A stretch of 63,541 nucleotides of DNA, filler included, from Globobulimina sp. (lineage: Eukaryota), in the NCBI GenBank assembly GCA_003354225.1. It is 32 parts of 32 records of this genome, joined end to end, with 100 filler letters (N's around TTAATTAATTAA, not from the genome) between each part and the next. Parts side by side here need not be neighbours in the genome. Positions count along the whole stretch, not along the records: positions 57,680 to 59,567 come from PIVH01010886.1; positions 59,668 to 61,554 come from PIVH01010887.1; positions 61,655 to 63,541 come from PIVH01010888.1; 29 more parts are not named here. One strand, 5' to 3'. Position 1 is the first letter of the stretch. Each line of letters begins with the position of its first letter. The notes under the pieces were generated by a model. The model made no database searches and was not told the DNA's origin. It saw only the letters and a program-made list of their open reading frames with translations. The translations under genes and the position numbers were made by a program. Below, one piece after another: positions 57,837-63,541 of the stretch.

Positions 57837-59567
57837 TTATAATTTTGTGGAAACATATCGATCGATTTCATCAATATTCCCAATAGAACTGACATCTAAA
57901 TTTGCAACATTTGCATTTGATTGCGATTGAATAGATTGTAAACTAATTTGTCTTCGAATGGGAGCTTTTGTTTTCATATTTGGTAATTTCAAATTAACAT
58001 TCTTTTTATCTTTATTTTTGAATTGACTTTTCAACTCATTTAATTCTTCTGTAATACGCGATAATATATTTAGTATTTTCTCTTGTTTGCCATGATTCAA
58101 TTCTTGATTATTCTCAATATTCTCGCTAATTAGACTCACAATCTCAGCCTGTTTCTCCTCAAATTGTCTGTCTCTCTCATTGTCGCTGAAGAAATCTCTC
58201 ATTTCGTCACGAACAGTAATCATTTTTTTCAAGTACTTCCGAATCGCTTTCCACGTCACTTTATTGCCGTGCAATGAGTCGACTTTATTAAAGAGCCAAA
58301 TGCTCTCATCATTCAATTGGATTTTCAACGACAACTTAATGCCGTCGAGCGACACCGTTGTATCCTCCGCTTGTTTCGACTTTAATATTGCTCGTTGTAC
58401 ATTGTATTTCATCTTCAACAAAAATTTAAAATAATTGAAAACTTGCTTCCATGAAAGGGTCCGGATCTTAAATCGAATGATATGGAATAGTTTGATGGCT
58501 AACTCGTCATTCACATTTAAACTATGTTTCAATTGTCCAAATTCAGCCTCTTTCAATTCGTAATTGCCTTGGATTTGTTCAGTGGACTCCATGAAGGAAT
58601 AGATATCTTTTATCAAACTGCCGCTCCAAAACGGATAGATTTTGTGGCATAAATCATATTTATTCTCGCACCCTAAGAATAAATAATTTATTTCTGCTTC
58701 GAAAGCGCCTGTTATTTTCGCGTCGGCATAGGCATCGATCCCAAAATACTCAGATTTGAAATCATTTATTTTGATTGGAATGCGATGCTTTTTCATCTTG
58801 GCCGAAAGATTCTGATTTGTCGACGAATTGATATTTATAATCGCGTCATATTGAGATAACATTTGGTTTACGCTCTTATTTTCGATCAAAAAACTTCGAA
58901 ACTGCTTTGCAAATAAAAATAATTGCTGCAAAGAAATGCGTCCACTGCAAAACGACAATGCGGTGTCAAATACTTCGGCTCTTTTTTTCTTGACAATGGA
59001 CTTTTTCTTTTTACCTTTTTCTTGATACTTTTCTTCCAATTCCTTTTCTTCCGCATCAGGATAATTATTACTTATCTTAATCACATCAAAATTAGTATTA
59101 TCCAATATAGATTCGATGATTTTCTTCCCTTTGTTCCGTTGCTCAGCTTGCTGTGGATGCAGCTCACCGCGCAAAACATTGCTAATTAAGGTGCTGGGCA
59201 CATTCATTTCGAAATTGTCCGCAATTCTGTCAACAAAGTTAATCCACTTATTTTTGCTAATGTGCTTGAAGGCCAATCCGGGATTTCTCATTGTTTTATT
59301 CTTAGTTTTCAATGTTTCAAATGGTTTGTCGTCGTCTCGCATTGTTAATTGTGTCGTCAATTCGTCATCGACATTGTGCGCATTGCGCGACTTCAAAAAT
59401 TCGACATATTTTTTTCGATTTTGCTTGCATCGAATATTATCATTTTTAAATTGTTTGTGCAAATGGTTCATTATACGCGTCAATTCCCCGCATTTCATGG
59501 CGGAAATATCATTCATTAATTTGTCAACAGTTTCCCTGATTTGCCCCAGCGTTATAAAGTGCTGCTG
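57837..59567 (-). CDS. Large hypothetical protein with degenerate EF-hand-like pairs and coiled coil; 5' partial
   Basis: EVFDTALSFCSGRISLQQL, WLFNKVDSLHGNKVTWKAI. Confidence 0.65.
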   Translation of the reverse strand, partial: QQHFITLGQIRETVDKLMNDISAMKCGELTRIMNHLHKQFKNDNIRCKQNRKKYVEFLKSRNAHNVDDELTTQLTMRDDDKPFETLKTKNKTMRNPGLAFKHISKNKWINFVDRIADNFEMNVPSTLISNVLRGELHPQQAEQRNKGKKIIESILDNTNFDVIKISNNYPDAEEKELEEKYQEKGKKKKSIVKKKRAEVFDTALSFCSGRISLQQLFLFAKQFRSFLIENKSVNQMLSQYDAIININSSTNQNLSAKMKKHRIPIKINDFKSEYFGIDAYADAKITGAFEAEINYLFLGCENKYDLCHKIYPFWSGSLIKDIYSFMESTEQIQGNYELKEAEFGQLKHSLNVNDELAIKLFHIIRFKIRTLSWKQVFNYFKFLLKMKYNVQRAILKSKQAEDTTVSLDGIKLSLKIQLNDESIWLFNKVDSLHGNKVTWKAIRKYLKKMITVRDEMRDFFSDNERDRQFEEKQAEIVSLISENIENNQELNHGKQEKILNILSRITEELNELKSQFKNKDKKNVNLKLPNMKTKAPIRRQISLQSIQSQSNANVANLDVSSIGNIDEIDRYVSTKL

Positions 59568-59676
59568 NNNNNNNNNNNNNNNNNNNNNNNNNNNNNNNNN
59601 NNNNNNNNNNNTTAATTAATTAANNNNNNNNNNNNNNNNNNNNNNNNNNNNNNNNNNNNNNNNNNNNCATTTCAAA

Positions 59677-60757
59677 ATGTTAACTAATATCCTAACACTT
59701 TTGTTCTCTGTTTCATGGATACCAATTTTATTGAATAATGTCTGGTCCATTTATACAGGTTGGACAATATTTAATGATGAATTTGAATCAAACATTTTCA
59801 CAAAAGATGATGGACAATTTCAAGACACATTGATTAATGGATCAAATGTATTGATTCTTCAGGTTGACACAAGAACAATCGACCAACTGTCTAAGGTCAA
59901 ATTCAAAGTGCCTATTTTCGATGACTTTATTCCAAATATCTTTAAAACAATTTCATATTTCGATCTGATTAAATTAAACTATCAATTTGCAAAGTTTCAT
60001 TCCTATGATTATTTACATATTCAAACAGAAAGGTTTCCTCCATATTGGAATAAAGTATTTATATTAAAACATTATTTAAATCCAATGTATCAGTACGATT
60101 ATATTATGTATTTAGATAATGATGCCACCATAAATTATTTACACATTAAAGAATTCAAAATTGAATCTATGTTTGATAATTTGGCGAGCAAATCGTTCAT
60201 CTACGCAGACGAAGATTGGGGGAGGGATTGGAAAGACTCGATGAACGCTGGTGTCATGATTCTAAAAAATACTGATTCAACAAAAAAAATAATGGAAAAA
60301 TGGGTTGGTAAAAATGCTGAAAAATATATTAACTCGTGGAGTTTTACAGGATGCAGATGAAGATTGTCCAGAATTATTGAAAGTAGATATAAACAAAAAT
60401 ATTGTTGGAATGTCTGACTTTTATGAACAAGGCTTTTTCGAAAGTCATTTCATTAAAAATGATACATTTGGTTTACAAAAATATTTATCAAATGTAGATT
60501 ACAGAATGTTTAATAATTTCGACTGTGAACAGAGCGCATTGGTTTGGCATTTTCATGGTGGAAATAAAGTAAAAATTTATTATTGCTTGAAACTTCATTT
60601 TGCACCAAAAAAATATCAATTTCAAATGATAGTTACTTATGGTGTATGTTTATTATGTATGATGTCAATGGGTTTATGTGTTAACTGCTGCATCAATCAG
60701 AAGATAAGAAAAATTAACGTAAATGTAAAGGAGATCGAAGCGAAAAATATTAATTAA
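59677..60757 (+). CDS. GT34 (MNN10/GMA12-type) glycosyltransferase; probable 46-nt intron 60304-60349
   Basis: PYWNKVFIL, YDYIMYLDNDA, MNAGVMILKN..MEKW|DADEDCP..YEQG..VWHFHG. Confidence 0.82.
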
Positions 60758-61027
60758 GCAATCCAGTTTTGTTTCTGCTTAATTCGGTTCATATTCGGCA
60801 GCGGTTTTCCTTGCTTGCAATTTCAATTTCAATTCTATCCATTTGTCATATTAAATTAATCATTCAATTGTTGTTCCTTTTGATTATAACATTTTTGAAG
60901 GAAATGGCAAAATTAACAATTTCCGAAATTAAAAAAATGTGCTATTTAAAGCCGCAATGCAGTAATTCCGCATGCACGCAATTAAAAAAAAAGAAATCAT
61001 ATTAAGACAATGGTAATTTGGTAAGAA

Positions 61028-61420
61028 TTACATTTCCGATTGCAAAGGGTTTGGCTGTTGAGTATTAATAGTTTGATCTTGGTTTTTATTCTGTTTTTTT
61101 GGTGCTGATTTTTGTTTGTCTTTGTGGACTAAGTATGCACTCAAAGCCGGCAAATACATATTCAAATCTAAGGCATTCAAAGAGTTCATCAAATCACTTT
61201 GTAACAATGTTTTTCTTTTCGATTTTAACATATATTCTTCAACTGAATCATTTGTGACAAATCCAATGAATTCGGACGTCACTTCCAACATTCTCGCCTT
61301 AACTTCCCGTGATATTTTGCATCCTGGCGGCAAAGAACGACGCATGATCCGAATGACATTTGCTGATGGTAACAATCTATCTGCTTCATTTAGTTCCGCA
61401 GTATCATTAAATTGTGCCAT
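61028..61420 (-). CDS. NFYB: NF-YB/HAP3-like histone-fold protein
   Basis: DRLLPSANVIRIMRRSLPPGCKISREVK..SEFIGFVT..KRKTL..DLMNSLNALDL. Confidence 0.85.
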   Translation of the reverse strand: MAQFNDTAELNEADRLLPSANVIRIMRRSLPPGCKISREVKARMLEVTSEFIGFVTNDSVEEYMLKSKRKTLLQSDLMNSLNALDLNMYLPALSAYLVHKDKQKSAPKKQNKNQDQTINTQQPNPLQSEM

Positions 61421-62573
61421 GTTTAATTAGTTTTGAAAAGATTTAAAAGAGGAAAAGATTTTTTAAAAAACCACTGCAGACACAACGATTGAACCCTCCC
61501 TGGTCGATAAGTTGTATACATTTTATTCAATTATCTGAGAAACACTTTGTAAATNNNNNNNNNNNNNNNNNNNNNNNNNNNNNNNNNNNNNNNNNNNNTT
61601 AATTAATTAANNNNNNNNNNNNNNNNNNNNNNNNNNNNNNNNNNNNNNNNNNNNTTGGTTTATAATCAAATAACTCGAGTACTAATTCCGGTAACTTCGA
61701 TCGCATTTCATCAGTTAATACTTGTTTCGTGTTTTTCGCTGTCGATTCTTTAAATTCTACCTTCAACTCCTCCTCATCCATTTTAACATCATTCTGATTC
61801 TGCTTTGTTTCAAAGTCATTTTTAGCACTCTGTTGCGTGTTGACGGTATTGTCTTCATTATCAGATGTGGCATTCTGTTTATGCCTTTCAAGTTTCTGTC
61901 AGTGTCAGCTGTGTCTCTTTTTCTCTTTGTTGACATAATGAATTCAGCAAAGGAGCTTCTTGCTTAGACTATATACTAGTAGTAAAAACTTCAGAATGCT
62001 TCAGAATACTTCAGAATTTCAAACTATAATGTACATATATTACAACATAGGTGTGTCAATATTCGAGCAGTTTTTTTGAAAGTTGATGTTTTCAATGCAG
62101 CTGCCAGGGTTAGATCATCCACATGTGTGGTGTTGTGAACTAATCAACTTTTTTAAGAAAATGTTTGTGGAATTAGCACAATATCAAATTCTTAATACAA
62201 GATGTAATGTAATGTACAATATTTAACAAACAGTAGGTCTATCATGCCGATTCCGTCTTTATCAAAATATTACCTAATGTCTCGGACTTTTGCAGTTGAT
62301 GCAACACAGTAGAGTTGAATTATTTTTCCGATTGATGTTTTGGCGGAAATATTAAATCCTTTCTTATTTTCTTTTGTTTCATTTTTGATTTTCTTCATAT
62401 ATTTATCAATATATAACTATTTTATTTGATTGCCATTTTGCATATTTTTGTGGTTCTAATATTTTAAGAGAATGCAATGATAATAATACTTTCTGTAAAT
62501 AGCTATTCATATTAACTGCTGTATAGTGTATAATGAGGTTTTTTAGTTTATTGCCTCCAGTGATTTCAGTCAA

Positions 62574-63541
62574 ATGAGCAACGTCATCCATACAAACAAT
62601 GCAGCTCTAGATTTCACAACAAGACGGAATACTCTATGGATCACTGCTTATATAAGAAAGCATTTTTATGTGACTCACAATAACATTCCTTCTGAAATCA
62701 TAGTATTAATTAATGATTTTTATCTAACTCAATTGTATCATCCATTTGGTGATCTGATATTGTATGAAGAAATAGTCAAAGGTTTGCATGATGATAATCC
62801 TCATGAACCGATTGCAAATTCTATTCAGCAACATTCAATTTTATCGATCCTGAATGGTGATCACATAGTCACAAAAGGAAAACCATATCAATATGATAAA
62901 ACCACCACAATTTGCATAACACAACTACAAAAAGTAAATTTAAAACTAAATACCTGCCAAATATTAACCATATCCTCTTCGCGAGAACACACCCAAAACC
63001 TTTATCAAGTTATTAATTTAAATAAAATTCTCCCACTCTATATAAATGATACTGACATACTGTACATGTACGCCATACAGAAAACGAAAGTACTTGGAAA
63101 ACACTTGCCAGTTATAAGTGAACTGTGCATTGGTGGTACGACGGTATCTCAGGATATGGAAATATTATCACATGATATACAAATCATGCATGGTGTTGCC
63201 GGCAGAATTTATGAATTGCTCAAACGGAATGCTTTGAATGTTGAGGGATTGAAATTGTTTATTTTGGCTGATGCGGATAACTTATTTGATAAAGGATTCA
63301 GGGAACAGATTGATGCAATTATAAGTCATTTGCCTTCCGCTGTTCAAATGGCACTGTTCTGTTCAAGAGTATCTATTCAAATTAGGGCGTTTGAACAGAA
63401 GTATATGTGCAATGAAGCAGTGCATATTAATGTGCAAAGGAAAGGTAATAATAAGTTGACATTAAAAAACATGAAACAATATTATGTACCGGTTGAGGAT
63501 GAACAATATAAATTGCATGAATTGTTTGATATTTTGGAGAG
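62574..63541 (+). CDS. eIF4A-like DEAD-box protein with degenerate catalytic motifs; 3' partial, absent from the ORF track
   Basis: Read by hand: ..NSIQQHSILSILNG..GKPYQYDKTT..CQILTISSSREHTQ..LCIGGT..GVAGRIYELL..LKLFILADADNLFDKGFREQI..QMALFCSR..LKNMKQYYV..KLHELFDIL; probable in-frame intron 63009-63080. Confidence 0.88.
   Translation, partial: MSNVIHTNNAALDFTTRRNTLWITAYIRKHFYVTHNNIPSEIIVLINDFYLTQLYHPFGDLILYEEIVKGLHDDNPHEPIANSIQQHSILSILNGDHIVTKGKPYQYDKTTTICITQLQKVNLKLNTCQILTISSSREHTQNLYQVINLNKILPLYINDTDILYMYAIQKTKVLGKHLPVISELCIGGTTVSQDMEILSHDIQIMHGVAGRIYELLKRNALNVEGLKLFILADADNLFDKGFREQIDAIISHLPSAVQMALFCSRVSIQIRAFEQKYMCNEAVHINVQRKGNNKLTLKNMKQYYVPVEDEQYKLHELFDILE

Noticed and set aside
60304..60360. 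Frameshift in the GT34 gene
   Set aside because: A 46-nt GT..CAG intron (60304-60349) joins the two ORFs in frame.
1..63541. Gene-neighbourhood systems spanning contigs (e.g. Dicer next to the methyltransferase and zinc-finger ORFs)
   Set aside because: Contigs are ordered by length only, so adjacency across spacers is meaningless.

Overview
This window is not a continuous locus. It is an artificial concatenation of 32 short contigs sorted by size (1890 down to 1887 bp), joined by 100-nt spacers (N44-TTAATTAATTAA-N44, stops in all six frames), so nothing across a spacer is biologically adjacent. Most contigs are AT-rich, gene-dense eukaryotic DNA with short (about 45-110 nt) GT-AG introns. 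The gene content suggests a protist, most likely a foraminiferan (Rhizaria; inference). It includes FKBP-TPR, PPR, TPR, F-box-like, Cdc123-like, Dicer-like, NF-YB, coactosin, GET1, TM2, HSPA12-like, NRS/ER, GT34, FkbM-type methyltransferase and 7TM genes. Signs of whole-genome amplification are a fold-back duplication and short prokaryotic fragments fused to host DNA: a deltaproteobacterial-like homoserine dehydrogenase piece and a DPANN-like AMP phosphorylase start with a GGTGA Shine-Dalgarno. The best candidates for new biology are (1) two virus-like intronless segments with repeat clusters abutting 5'-truncated host genes, one with iteron-like repeats, tandem zinc-finger ORFs and a 35-bp hairpin repeat, the other with a degenerate MIOX-like ORF; (2) a family of ~180-230-bp fold-back MITE-like elements; (3) apparent introns built from an 11-bp minisatellite; (4) a catalytically dead eIF4A-like helicase; and (5) a secreted toxin-like helical protein. 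All family calls come from motif recognition by eye, not database searches.
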